A stretch of DNA of 63,768 nucleotides, filler included, from Octopus bimaculoides (taxonomy: Eukaryota), in the NCBI RefSeq assembly GCF_001194135.2. It is 5 parts of 5 records of this genome, joined end to end, with 100 filler letters (N's around TTAATTAATTAA, not from the genome) between each part and the next. Parts side by side here need not be neighbours in the genome. Positions count along the whole stretch, not along the records: positions 1 to 14,272 come from NC_068985.1; 4 more parts are not named here. One strand, 5' to 3'. How positions within the stretch are numbered: position 1 is the stretch's first letter; each line of letters opens with the position of its first letter. This document shows, in pieces, positions 1 through 12,526 of this stretch. The notes under the pieces are model-generated. The model saw nothing but the letters and a program-made list of their open reading frames with translations, was not told where the DNA came from and ran no database searches. The position numbers were made by a program, and so were the translations under genes.

Positions 1-325
1 TACTTGTGAAATTAACGTGCAAGTGGCTGAGCACTCCACAGACACGTGTATCCTTACCGTAGTTCTCGGGGATATTCAGCGTGACACAGTGTGACAAGGC
101 TGACCCTTTGAATTACAGGCACAACAGAAACAGGAAGTAAGAGTGAGAGAAAGTTGTGGTGAAAGAGTACAGTAGGTTTCGCCACCCACCCACCCCTGCC
201 GGAGCCTCGTGGAACTTTAGGTGTTTTCGCTCAATAAACACTCACAACGCCCGGTCTGGGAATCGAAACCGTTATCCTACGATCGCGGTTTCGCTGCCCT
301 AACCATTGGGCTATTGCGCCTCCAC
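1..325 (-). mobile_element. tRNA-derived SINE, family A1 (3' end cut by window start)
   Basis: Minus strand starts GTGGAGGCGCAATAGCCCAATGGTTAGGGCAGCG...GGTTTCGATTCCCAGACC (A and B boxes). Body matches the copies at 8671-9053 and 29713-30252. Confidence 0.9.
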
Positions 326-696
326 AGAGAATCCGTACTGGGGTCGATTTGTTCAACTAGACCCTGCAATGCTGTGCCCCAGCATGGCTGCTGCCAAACG
401 GCTGAAACATGAAAAAAGGATTAAAAGAAAATCAGAGTAGATTTGAGCAAAACAACGACAAGTAATTTAGAACTGTTTCTCATGGGTAGGGCCTGTGAGG
501 ATTGAACAAGGCCGGACAAATTACCATATTTAAAAAAAGTATAGCGGTTCTGAATGCTTTAAACTTCTCCAACATCACGGCAAAGAAAAGAGAATTATAT
601 GGATGCAAACTCAAAAAAGTACCTTGCGGTGTTTGTTCTGACTGTTTACACTCTGAGTTCAAATCTAGCCCTTTAGGGGCCGATGAAATAAAAATT

Positions 697-967
697 TGCA
701 CTCCATCGGTTACATCGACAAGTGTTCCAGTTGATCCTATAAACGGAACGACCTGCTCGTAAAATTAACTTGCAAGTGGCTGAGCACTCCTCAGACACAC
801 GTACTCTTAATGTATTATGAGAGGGATTCAGGTACAACTAATTTTTGTTAGCTGATTGGACTGGAGCAACGTGGAATAAAGGGTCCTGCTCAAGGACACA
901 ACGCGTCATCGGGTTTCAAACTCATAGCCTTACGAATATCCCTAACCACTAAGCCATGCACCTTCAC
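697..967 (-). mobile_element. tRNA-derived SINE, family A2 (CORE-like middle plus family-A 3' module)
   Basis: Contains TTGTGTCCTTGAGCAGGAC...CACGTTGCTCCAGTCCA on the minus strand, followed by the GTGTCTGAGGAGTGCTCAGCCACTTGCA module shared with A1. Confidence 0.75.
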
Positions 968-1269
968 ACAAAGACATACAATAAAGCACCTATCAAGAAC
1001 TGAAGTCAGTATAATGGACTGGCTCACTCCTCCAAAATTGTTGACTTTCAGTCATAATTACAAACATTAAAGACGGATAGGGCATGGTCGACTTTTCCGA
1101 GGTCGACTTTGCCTTTCATCCTTTCGGGGTCGATAAATTAAGTACTTGTTGCGTATTTGGGTCGATATAATCGACTGACCCCTTCCCCCAAAATATCGGG
1201 CCTTCTGCCTAGAGTAGAAAAGAATATTGGGTGGATGGGTTACTTTTGTTAACTTTAGAATTCATTATT

Positions 1270-1500
1270 TAGGATTTGTGCTATGGAAGAGGTTTGTATG
1301 CGGTTGGTCTAGTTGCTAGAAATATCAGCCAAATATTCCAGTAAACACACCGCATCCTCTTTTTTAAAAATAAGAAGTATTCACTGGTTACTGCGGTTCT
1401 GGAAAGATTAAAATAAGAAAAGTGGGATCGACACAGCTGTGTTATCTCTGACCTTACGGCTGCTCGATCTGAGACCTGGGGCTATACAACAAAAACAACG
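1270..1500 (+). mobile_element. SINE-like family E with (CAA)n-type tail
   Basis: Has CTAGAAATATCAGCCAAAT and the 3' end GACCTGGGGCTATACAACAAAAACAAC. Related pieces lie at 31300-31380, 34745-34950 (-) and 55499-56190. Confidence 0.6.
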
Positions 1501-2017
1501 ATAAGAAAAATACAAACGATAACCAATCAAAGTGTAGCATACATTAAACGGCAAACGATGAGATTAATAGTCCGGAAAGACCAAAATATACAACCAACCG
1601 ATTCCCTAGCCAGTCAGCCAACTAACCAACCACAAAATTTGTCAATTACTCACACCACCTACACGATTTCTACAGTAATAGTTGTGTATATATCTACCAA
1701 ACTATAGGGGTAGGTCGAGCGGGGTGAATCTTACCTAATTAAGAAGCCGTTATTAACCGTTTGTTTCCATCGGATTATGTCACCGGCTGTAGAAACGAGT
1801 AAAACTACTGACTCATGCCAACAAATTGTAAGGTTATGTGTGTCATGGAATTGTAATGAACGTTCTGTGAAGCTTTTAATTCAAGCCTCAAAACGTCCTT
1901 TTCCTAAATGCAATTTTCCCTCTCTTATTTTACTGTGATAAACAAAAAAACTGCAACAATAGTTTCTATGCAATAATATAACAAAAAAAAATACACAAGA
2001 ATTTTTAAAATGTTAAA

Positions 2018-2054
<37 letters not shown>

Positions 2055-3099
2055 AAAATATATTAATGAGGGTAGAAATTGATATTAATCAATTAAAACC
2101 AGTGGTCTAGCATATTAAAAAAATTCGAAGATTAAAATTATATTATATACAAAAATGGTTAGATGATTCGGCATTATTTCTAGCATATAGGAGTCCNNNN
2201 NNNNNNNNNNNNNNNNNNNNNNNNNNNNNNNNNNNNNNNNNNNNNNNNNNNNNNNNNNNNNNNNNNNNNNNNNNNNNNNNNNNNNNNNNNNNNNNNNNNN
2301 NNNNNNNNNNNNNNNNNNNNNNNNNNNNNNNNNNNNNNNNNNNNNNNNNNNNNNNNNNNNNNNNNNNNNNNNNNNNNNNNNNNNNNNNNNNNNNNNNNNN
2401 NNNNNNNNNNNNNNNNNNNNNNNNNNNNNNNNNNNNNNNNNNNNNNNNNNNNNNNNNNNNNNNNNNNNNNNNNNNNNNNNNNNNNNNNNNNNNNNNNNNN
2501 NNNNNNNNNNNNNNNNNNNNNNNNNNNNNNNNNNNNNNNNNNNNNNNNNNNNNNNNNNNNNNNNNNNNNNNNNNNNNNNNNNNNNNNNNNNNNNNNNNNN
2601 NNNNNNNNNNNNNNNNNNNNNNNNNNNNNNNNNNNNNNNNNNNNNNNNNNNNNNNNNNNNNNNNNNNNNNNNNNNNNNNNNNNNNNNNNNNNNNNNNNNN
2701 NNNNNNNNNNNNNNNNNNNNNNNNNNNNNNNNNNNNNNNNNNNNNNNNNNNNNNNNNNNNNNNNNNNNNNNNNNNNNNNNNNNNNNNNNNNNNNNNNNNN
2801 NNNNNNNNNNNNNNNNNNNNNNNNNNNNNNNNNNNNNNNNNNNNNNNNNNNNNNNNNNNNNNNNNNNNNNNNNNNNNNNNNNNNNNNNNNNNNNNNNNNN
2901 NNNNNNNNNNNNNNNNNNNNNNNNNNNNNNNNNNNNNNNNNNNNNNNNNNNNNNNNNNNNNNNNNNNNNNNNNNNNNNNNNNTATATATATATACATATT
3001 CGACATTCTTCTCAACAAGAATCTCCAGCCTCCATATCACCTAGTACGAATAAAATTTATTTCGCTCCATAAGGCATTTCCTTGTTTTGGTTTGTTTGC

Positions 3100-3420
3100 A
3101 TTACTTTATGCACAATATATATGTAATGCCTAGAAGTGTCCTTTTCTATATTAAGCATATATTTCCAAGTCCTAAGGATTTGATAATAGGTTTGTTTGCA
3201 TGTTTTTCTTTTCGTAATTATTCCCAAGGAAATGCTCTTTCCTTTTGTTATCATATTTCGTTTGGCTTTTGTTGTTTGCTTATTTGAATTACTTCTCCAT
3301 GTATTTTAGAAATTCTTCATCATCTATTCTAAGTTCGTGTAGTAGGTAATATCTTTTCATTTTCTTTGTCAACAATATCAGGTCGTTTAGCCTTGACCGC
3401 CAATGACGGAATGGATCGGC
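3100..3420 (-). mobile_element. Decayed C-terminus of an R2/R4/NeSL-type non-LTR retrotransposon (RLE endonuclease)
   Basis: Frameshifted translation gives AVKAKRPDIV-DKENEK (RPDIV motif), then a QI(P)GLGNICLI*KRTLLGITYIL-like terminal segment typical of RLE ORFs. Confidence 0.55.
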
Positions 3421-4454
3421 AGAGCTCAGGATATAATGAAAATAAGATAACAGCTGTCGGTACGTCCTTGTTGTAAGGTATTGTTGTGATCTTCTCTATT
3501 GGACGCTGCGGGGATTACTAAGTGTTAGCAGACAATTAATTTAAATAGGCTGATTAAAATAAAACTGTGTATATTTAATTAACATGGACGTGTTAAGATA
3601 TAAACATGTGCATACTAAAGCTTATAACAGCATTTGAAATGCACCGCCTAAAATTTAAAATAGCATTATAGTTTTTATAAATATATGTAAAAAGAGATCC
3701 TTATATAATTAAAATGATTAGTTTTAATGTTGGGACCCGAAGTAGATAAAGCTATAAGTATTAGCGTGTAGAACACTGTGTTACAAAAGTGACAAACAGC
3801 TGTGAGTGGAAAGGAGAAACGACAAACATAACTTACGACAAATCTAAAAGCTAGGCTAAACGTGGGGACTACAGAATGTTATACTAAAACGACAGTAAGG
3901 GAAACCCCCTATATTGCCAATACTTAAAATACACTGAATAGGGAAATATACAAAGAAAAATCGAATTGCTCATTGAAAAAGGCAGAACATAAGAGTAAGA
4001 TTGAAGAATATTTGATTGCAACGTAGAATAAAAGCCTTTTTTTTTATCGGAATCCGCGTAAACATGTAACGAAAGTTCAGTGAAAGTATGTTTGATGACC
4101 AAAGCTGGTAATAATTCTTTCCATTATAGGCACAAGACCTGAAATTTGTAGGGAGAGGGCTGGTGTATTACATTGACCCCAGTGCTCAGCTGATATTTGT
4201 TTTATCGATCCCGAAAGAGTGAAATTCAAAGTTTTTGTCCACATGGTATGGACTCAGACCGTAATGATTTCATGGCCAAAATGTTCACAAGAACACAAGA
4301 ATGCCCATATATATACACAAACACTTCCACACATACACATGCACACACAAATACTCACAAACCTTTTCATACCCTATAGAGTTCTCATATACTAGCAAAA
4401 CTTTTATTTAGGTTATGCTCTTTTCTTTCACTTAATTATTATATTAGTGCTTGC

Positions 4455-4670
4455 AAGGCGACGTGCTGGCAGTATGGTTAGCGGACCGGATAAAATGCTT
4501 AGCGACATTTCTCCCAGCTCTTCACGTTCTGAGCTCAAATTCCGCCAACGTTGACTTTGCCTTTCATCCCTTTGGGGTCAATAAAATAAGTACCTGTTGA
4601 GCAGTGAGGTCAATGTAATTGACTTGACCACTCTCCCCAAATTTCAGGCCTTGTGCCTATAGTAGAAAGA
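4455..4670 (+). mobile_element. SINE family C (contains the CTTTCATCCTTTCGGGGTCGATAAA-type domain)
   Basis: Head GGCGACGTGCTGGCAG..., central TTGCCTTTCATCCCTTTGGGGTCAATAAAATAAGTACC, tail CAGGCCTTGTGCCTATAGTAGAAAG. Many paralogs in the window. Confidence 0.8.
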
Positions 4671-7203
4671 AGTGTGTCAGTGACTGAAATGTTGGGAATA
4701 GTTCATTTCTTTTTTACTCACACTTAATTGGCTGACACTAATTTGAATACTTAATTAAGTATTTAACGCTTTTTCTCTTTACTTCGTATTTTGTATATTT
4801 CTGTGTCTATTTATTTCTCTATCCAATATTTTAAATTTTGTTTCACGTATCCAGTGTAGAGATAAAACTGCGTAAGACAAAGTGTAAGAGAGGGGGAGAT
4901 AAGAAAGAAAGAAAGAAAAGGACAAAATTAAGCAAAGAGAAAACAAACACTGCAATTAAAGTCTAAATGCTGGTTAGATTATTTGTCACGGGATCGATAA
5001 ATATATAATGACAACTGACTGGTCTACAGTTAACCATAATCAGGTTCTTAACCATTTAACCTCCTACACAACAACAGGATACTTTTCATGTTCACGTCAT
5101 TTCCACGTGGTTTATTTATTTATTTATTTCGCCACAAGCCAAGAATAATGGAAACTGGTCACAAGAGGTGATTCTTAATAATTAAATTAACTACTATTAC
5201 TCAAACTTAGCAACTAGCCGCAGACATGGCTGTGTGGTTAAGAAGTTCGCTTGGCGTCCACGTGATTCCGTGTTCAATCCCACTGTACGGCTTGCTGGCC
5301 AAGTGTTTTCAACTAATAACATCTGAAAGCATTAAGCTAATGGAAACTGTGCTGAATCCCATCATATATTTCAAAGGAGACTTTTATAAAAGTCAGACGA
5401 ATACAGGAGTACGTCCTCATAAATGAAACATCCCCAGTACTAAATAGGAAATATACGTAGTAGATATCATACCCTCATATCTACAGCTGAAGTAGAATAG
5501 CTAGTGGGCTGTTATGTAGATAGATGTATGTGTGCGTGAGTGTGGGTGGGTGTGTGTATATGCAAATGTATGTAGGCATATGGATATGAATGTAAACAGA
5601 TAGACATGTAAACGGATAGGTACATAGGTTATATGAACAGACAAGCACACATACACACACATACACAAATGAAGGCAAACACATGACCATATATACACAC
5701 ACACTTCACTTCACACAAAGAAACATATGGAGGCACACGTCCACACATATGGAGACGCTCATCCATACATACAGACACAGTACATAGTTGCAAAAGACCC
5801 ATACACACACACACACACACACACACATGCAAACACAAACACACGCATAAAAATACACAAACACATNNNNNNNNNNNNNNNNNNNNNNNNNNNNNNNNNN
5901 NNNNNNNNNNNNNNNNNNNNNNNNNNNNNNNNNNNNNNNNNNNNNNNNNNNNNNNNNNNNNNNNNNNNNNNNNNNNNNNNNNNNNNNNNNNNNNNNNNNN
6001 NNNNNNNNNNNNNNNNNNNNNNNNNNNNNNNNNNNNNNNNNNNNNNNNNNNNNNNNNNNNNNNNNNNNNNNNNNNNNNNNNNNNNNNNNNNNNNNNCACA
6101 CACACACACACTGACCCACACACATGCGCACAAACAAACAAAAAGAACGCAGCTCGGATAACGGACAGAGTCAATGACTATTGAAAAGGTTGCAAGACGC
6201 AACAAAAAGTTTAGAAAAATAAATAAATTAGTGGAAATTTTACCGGTGACTGTGTTAAATTATAAGGCACTAAAAGAGAATGACTCTCCCCAGACACAAC
6301 AAAACATGCTTCAACACACGAACTCACATAAAGAATCTTGAAAACCAAATCCAAAATCGAAATATATATATATTGACAAATATATGTTACGGTTCTGTAC
6401 TGCTACTGTTTATATCTCGCTCAGAGATTTAATATAACATTCTCTCTCTTCTACGAGATCAGCGAGAGTGAGTCGCTAGAAAAATATACAGTAATTTGCG
6501 AGTGGAATGAGCTTCCGTCACTAGCTGGTGATTAACATACGCTGAGGACGGGTAACCACCCAGATACTCGAGTCCTTGTGTATCACGTAAGGCTAGAGAT
6601 GAGAGGGATGACCTCCCCTCGCAAATACTAATCGGATACAGAATGTGTGTCGTTAGCCAGCTGGAGGAAATGTCTTCCTGGGGCTATAAACATCAGTAGC
6701 ATAGTCTTCTATAGGACACTACACTTAGTTAGCAAATATGTTATGGTATATATATATATATATATATACCATAACATATTTGCTAACTAAGTGTAGTGTC
6801 CTATAGAAGACTATGCTNNNNNNNNNNNNNNNNNNNNNNNNNNNNNNNNNNNNNNNNNNNNNNNNNNNNNNNNNNNNNNNNNNNNNNNNNNNNNNNNNNN
6901 NNNNNNNNNNNNNNNNNNNNNNNNNNNNNNNNNNNNNNNNNNNNNNNNNNNNNNNNNNNNNNNNNNNNNNNNNNNNNNNNNNNNNNNNNNNNNNNNNNNN
7001 NNNNNNNNNNNNNNNNNNNNNNNNNNNNNNNNNNNNNNNNNNNNNNNNNNNNNNNNNNNNNNNNNNNNNNNNNNNNNNNNNNNNNNNNNNNNNNNNNNNN
7101 NNNNNNNNNNNNNNNNNNNNNNNNNNNNNNNNNNNNNNNNNNNNNNNNNNNNNNNNNNNNNNNNNNNNNNNNNNNNNNNNNNNNNNNNNNNNNNNNNNNN
7201 NNN

Positions 7204-7236
<33 letters not shown>

Positions 7237-8097
7237 ATATATGATGGGCTTCTTTCAGTTTCCGATATTGTGAGTAGTAGGCTTTAAAAAAGTACTAGAG
7301 TAGATTCATTCGACCAAAAATTCTTCGAGGCGGTGCCCCAACAGGGCCGCAGTCTATTCATCGAAACAAGTAAATGAAAATATGTGCGTGTGTATATGTG
7401 TGTGTGTGTGTGATGGTCAGATTTTTTTCCTGATATTTTCTAATAAAACAGGAAGTAATTATAACTTCATATTTTCAGAGAATTTTTCACATTGAAATAA
7501 CGAAAGTATTTCGTAAACATTCGATCCCTCGAGAAACGATAGGAATTATCGCCTTCGTGGTGTGTATGGTAAGTAGAAATATATTAAATTGAAACTGGTA
7601 GTTTACATGAAAATTTGAGGAGGGGCAAATATACGGAATTCAAAACTTATTTATGAAGTGCATTTCCTGTTCTGCTTTTCGTATTTGATGCTATTTTTAT
7701 ACCAACAATGAGGATGCTAAACTAGAATTAAATACCAATACTAATCTCTGACTCCCATGTGTATTTTGTGAATGAATCGTTTCTCCAAATAATTGTCATT
7801 AATTTAGGCACCAGCTCAGCAATTTTGTGGTGAAGGGTGAGTACGAATATTTAACTGGTATTTTGTCAACTCAGGAGAGATAAAATGCAACATTGACCTC
7901 GGCTGGATTTGACCTCGGAACATATATACCACAGCATGTTTTTTTCACCAGTGCTCTAGTGACTCTGCCAGCTCGCCACTTTATAGTTTCTATAAATGAT
8001 GGTTTCTAATATAGCCACAAAGGTAACAGTTTCAATGAAAAGGGTTAGTCGATACTACCCATTCCAGTAATTGACTGTTACACTATTTCATCGACAC

Positions 8098-8510
8098 AAG
8101 GCGGTGAGCTGGCAGAAACGTTAGAACGCCGGGCGAAATGCTTAGCCGTATTTCGTCTGCCGTTACGTTCTGAGCTCAAATTCCGCCGAGGTCGACTTTA
8201 CCTTTCATCCTTTCGGGGTCGATTAAGTAAGTACCAGTTACGCACTGAAGTCGATATAATCGACTTAATCCGTTTGTCTGTCCTTGTTTGTCCCCTCTGT
8301 GTTTAACCCCTTGTGGGCAGTAAAGGGCGGTGAGCTGGCAGAATCGTTAGCACACCGGGCAAAATGCTTAACGGTTTTTCGACCATCTGTACATTCTGAG
8401 TTCAAATTCCACCGAGCTCAACTTTTCCTTTCATCCTTTCGGGGTCGATAAAATAACTTCCAGTTGAACACTGAGGTCGATATAATCGTCTTATCCCCCC
8501 CCCCCCAATT
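8098..8510 (+). mobile_element. Head-to-tail pair of family C SINEs (8098-8325 and 8326-8510) with different 3' modules
   Basis: Both start GGCGGTGAGCTGGCAGAA and contain CTTTCATCCTTTCGGGGTCGAT. The first ends ...CCCCTTGTGGGCAGTAAAG directly before the second head. Confidence 0.85.
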
Positions 8511-8670
8511 TGAAACCATTATTTCATCGGCGCAGAAACAACGAAAGGCAAAGATGATCTATCTGGCATTTGAACGCAGAACAGAAAGTGCTAGAATTAA
8601 TATAGAAAAGCTCTTTGACGACGATATAACCATTTTACCAGCTCGCGGACTTACAACTTCTTTACAAGTG

Positions 8671-9053
8671 GATGGCACTCCGTCGGTTACGACGACGAGG
8701 GTTCCTGTTGATCCGATCAACGGAACAGCCTGCTCGTGAAATTTACGTGCAAGTGGCTGAGCACTCCACAGACACGTGTACCCTTAACGTAGTTCTCGGA
8801 GAGATTCGGCGTGACACAGAGCGTGACAAGGTTGACCCTTTGAATTACAGGCACAACAGAAACAGGAAGAAAGATTGAGAGAAAGTTGTGGTGGAAGAAT
8901 ACAGCAGGGTTCGCCACCATCCCCTGCCGGAGCCTTGTGGGACTTTAGGTGTTTTCGCTCAATAAACACTCACAACGCCCGGTCTGGGAATCGAAACCGC
9001 GATACTACGACCGCGAATCCGCTGCCCTAACCACTGGGCCATTGCGCCTCCAC
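8671..9053 (-). mobile_element. Full-length SINE A1 with target-site duplication
   Basis: tRNA head at 9053. Flanks ACAACTTCTTTACAAGT (8653-8669) and ACAACTTGTTTACATGT (9054-9070) match at 15 of 17 positions. Confidence 0.9.
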
Positions 9054-9623
9054 ACAACTTGTTTACATGTCTAAAACATAGGGCAACACTTCTACCGCTG
9101 TTATTATTGTTGCTGTTGTGTTTCTGCCTCGATTCAACGTCGATCAAATTGATCCAAGCTACGTAATATACTCTGTTGACAACTTAAGGTAGATCTTAAA
9201 ATAGATGCAATCCAGTCCTGCTGTTGCAGCTACGAAAGCTGTTGCTGATGTTTTGCACTCTTTTTCAATAGATGTCATAAAATATGAGTGCTCCTTTCTG
9301 TTTTCTTTTTTCTTTCCTTCTTTCTTCCTTTCTTTCTTTCTTTCTTATTATTGTTATCTACTCGTTTGAGTCATTGGACTACTACGGTCATGCTAGGGCA
9401 CCGTCTTCAAAGGTTTAGTCAGCAAAATCGACCCCAGGACTTGTGTATTTTTTTTCAAGCCTGGTGTTTATTCTATCGGTCACATTTTACGAGCCGCTAA
9501 TTTACGGAGTCATAAACAAATCATCATCAGTCGTCAAGCGTTGGTAGGGGACAAATACAAACCCATATATATATATATAAGGATTTACTTTTCGTAATGA
9601 GATAAAAAAAGAACAAGGGCCGA

Positions 9624-9723
9624 TTAATACCTGCGGATGCTGTGTATGAAACTGTTTTACGGCCAGACAGCCACAATGAAAACAATATTTTAATCGACTA
9701 AGGAGGTATGACAAATAAATAAA
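9624..9723. repeat. ~100-bp near-identical direct repeat of 11985-12084, adjacent to a hammerhead motif
   Basis: TTAATACCTGCGGATGCTGTGTATGAAAC...GGAGGTATGACAAATAAATAAA occurs twice, with one substitution seen (GACAGCC vs GACATCC). Confidence 0.9.
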
Positions 9724-9748
9724 CAAATAGAACATTTATAGATAGAAT

Positions 9749-9796
9749 GTCTTGCAGCTGTTTCCAGGATATTTATTATATCCCTTCATCGGAGAC
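9749..9796 (-). ncRNA. Minimal type I hammerhead-ribozyme motif (Penelope-type), probably inactivated
   Basis: Minus strand reads GTCT-C-CGATGA-A-GGGATAT-AATAA-ATATCCT-G-GAAA-CAGCTG-C-A-AGAC: stem I GTCT/AGAC, 7-bp stem II, palindromic stem III. Core U4>C and U16.1>C. Confidence 0.7.
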
Positions 9797-11729
9797 GGTG
9801 CGAGAGGATGATTAAGCAATAGTTAGTTTAGTTAAGATAAGAAATAGAGAGTGAGTGTAGGGAATATTGTACTTGTAAATCCATTGTTTAGGCAGAATGG
9901 TTTACATATAAGATTCCAATAAAAACAATTGTATTTTACTCACAAGGTATTAAGCCAGAACGAGGTGAGTTGGTGAACGCGGAGGAACAAGCCCTGACAG
10001 GAGACAGACAAGAATGCGTCTTATACCTGCGGCTGGTCAGAAAGAAAGAAAGAAATTCAAGTTAAGAAAAGAAAGATGGCCGATGGTTACGTGCGAGCAA
10101 CGAGATAAATTCTTTTTTGACTTTTAAAAGTAATTTCACTGCAGCTTACCTAAATTAAGCGAGAAAAAAATTTTGCCTCTGGTAAAAGATGTAAATGCAT
10201 AATTTTTAGTTCAGTGACGTCCTCTATTAGACCCCCCCCCCCCNNNNNNNNNNNNNNNNNNNNNNNNNNNNNNNNNNNNNNNNNNNNNNNNNNNNNNNNN
10301 NNNNNNNNNNNNNNNNNNNNNNNNNNNNNNNNNNNNNNNNNNNNNNNNNNNNNNNNNNNNNGCTCGTTATTCCTTCCTCAGTAGAGAATACCAAAGAGGG
10401 TAATCCTAAGTTGATAGTAAACCGTAACTTTATAAAAATTACTGAATACTAGTAACTGATTACGCTCGTTGATCGCCGGTCAGGACAAATACAGAAGCAG
10501 CAGCGCGAAGCATTGATAGGAAATATACAAAGTTTAGATTTGTACAAATACGTAACGTGTTTAAACATCTAAAAGCAATTTCACTGCAGTTTGCCGTAGA
10601 TAAAAGAGACGTTGATCAGTATTCTACGAATTAAATATCGAAGAAGTACTTCTGTGAAGTGTTTAAGAAGTGCAGGAAGTTTGCAATACAATCGTTGTAT
10701 TGTTCTTCCCAGAAGTAACATTCAAGAAGGTAACAATAAACAGAAGATAACGATTGACTGCGAATTTGAAGGACCGTTAGACCATCGGACCACGACGGTT
10801 AATGTTATTTGTTCCGCATTCTAAGTTCAAATTGCGCCGAGGTCAGTCTTGCTTTTCATTCATTTGGGGATCTAAGCACTTCGAACTGGATCCCTTGCTA
10901 TAGTTGTTCCAGCTGTTTTGTGTCCTGAATTCAAATCCTGTTATGGTTAACTTTACCTTTCATTCTTTCGGTGTTGCTAAAAAAAGAGCATCAATCTAAA
11001 GTGCTGTGTTGATGGAACTGTAACGAAATCGGACCGGATACCTTGTATAATTTGTTCCGCCTTTTTTAGTTCCGAGTCCAAATCCGGGTTGAAATCCGGG
11101 CATTGCTCTCAAAAGTAATAGACTTAACCCGTTTCCCTGTTCAGTACTTCCACCTGGCACGCCGGTTACCTTTAGCAAAGTCTATTCTGGGGCAAGTATT
11201 CGGGCCTGGTTTCCGGTTTGAGGATACCTTTCTCCCTCCCATTTCTCACCAGTCTCGAAGACCCTGTATCGAGTAACGAGCCTTGCCTGCTCTACTGACT
11301 AAAAATTTTAAAAAATAAACAGGAAGTCTAGAGACAATAATCCGCTGCAGAACAAATATTCCAGTTTTTGCTTGAGATCTCCATACGGTCATACATTTTT
11401 AAAGAAGAAAAAGCCAAAACTAACATAGGTTAATGTGGTGATGAGCGTATTGTAACGGAGAAGAATCTGGAATGGTAACATTTGGAATATCTTTGCTTAT
11501 AGATCCGCTTCTTCGNNNNNNNNNNNNNNNNNNNNNNNNNNNNNNNNNNNNNNNNNNNNNNNNNNNNNNNNNNNNNNNNNNNNNNNNNNNNNNNNNNNNN
11601 NNNNNNNNNNNNNNNNNNNNNNNNNNNNNNNNNNNNNNNNNNNNNNNNNNNNNNNNNNNNNNNNNNNNNNNNNNNNNNNNNNNNNNNNNNNNNNNNNNNN
11701 NNNNNNNNNNNNNNNNNNNNNNNNNNNNN

Positions 11730-11872
11730 CCAGTCCACTCAGCTGGAAAAAAATGAGTAACGCTGTGATGGACTGGCGTCCCGTCCAGCTGGGGAACACA
11801 TACGCCATTCAAACCGGGAAACCGGGCCCATGAGCCTGGCTAGGCTTTAAAAGAGCGCATTTATTATTATTA
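11730..11872 (+). mobile_element. SINE 3' part with V-domain-like motif
   Basis: CAGTCCACTCAGCTGG...GTGATGGACTGGCGTCCCGTCCAG. Same module as in 32014-32260. Confidence 0.6.
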
Positions 11873-12359
11873 TTTTTCTTCAGGGCTTACATTATATTCC
11901 ATGATCTGATTCGTGTTATTTACTCGAATTTGTAGACGATCGTTTTAAATATAGTCAAAGATTCCAGATGGCCAACAGGGACGGTTAATACCTGCGGATG
12001 CTGTGTATGAAACTGTTTTACGGCCAGACATCCACAATGAAAACAATATTTTAATCGACTAAGGAGGTATGACAAATAAATAAATAAATAAATAAATAAA
12101 TAAAATATCCCAAAGCAGGATCTTATAAGGATATCCTTTAGCAAGCACTTTTTTAGGGGGCGGGTGTTATGACCAGTGTTATAGAGAAAAGCTCTTAATA
12201 ATTCGAATCAATAACTCCGTTTCTGTTCAAACTGAGAAGTCAGTGTATTTCTTATAAATCGATAATGCGGAGGTGTGTGTGTGTACTTAAGAAGCTCGCT
12301 TTACAACCCCTTTGTCTCAGATTTGGTCCCATTGCATGACACCCCAGGCCAATAAATAC

Positions 12360-12526
12360 CTTGGAGTAAATTTCAGACGGAAACCTGTTACACACACGAT
12401 CGTACAGTTGCTTATTGAATCCTGTTGCCGACACAAATGTACAGAAATATAAAGGGAGAGAAAATATATTTGGCTGAGACGTCCATGACTTTCCAAGAGG
12501 AACTATGCCAATTACATTTGAAACAG
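12360..12526 (-). CDS. Candidate internal coding exon (167 nt) of an unidentified gene
   Basis: Acceptor CTAACTTTCTATTTACTTCTTTAG (branch point plus pyrimidine tract) and donor AAG|GTATTT. Only one frame is open: xVSNVIGIVPLGKSWTSQPNIFSLPLYFCTFVSATGFNKQLYDRVCNRFPSEIYSK. No homology recognised. Confidence 0.4.

Noticed and set aside
6698-6817. Perfect 120-bp palindrome centred on (TA)n
   Set aside because: Zero mismatches, a self-complementary centre, and it ends exactly at an N gap: an assembler fold-back artefact.
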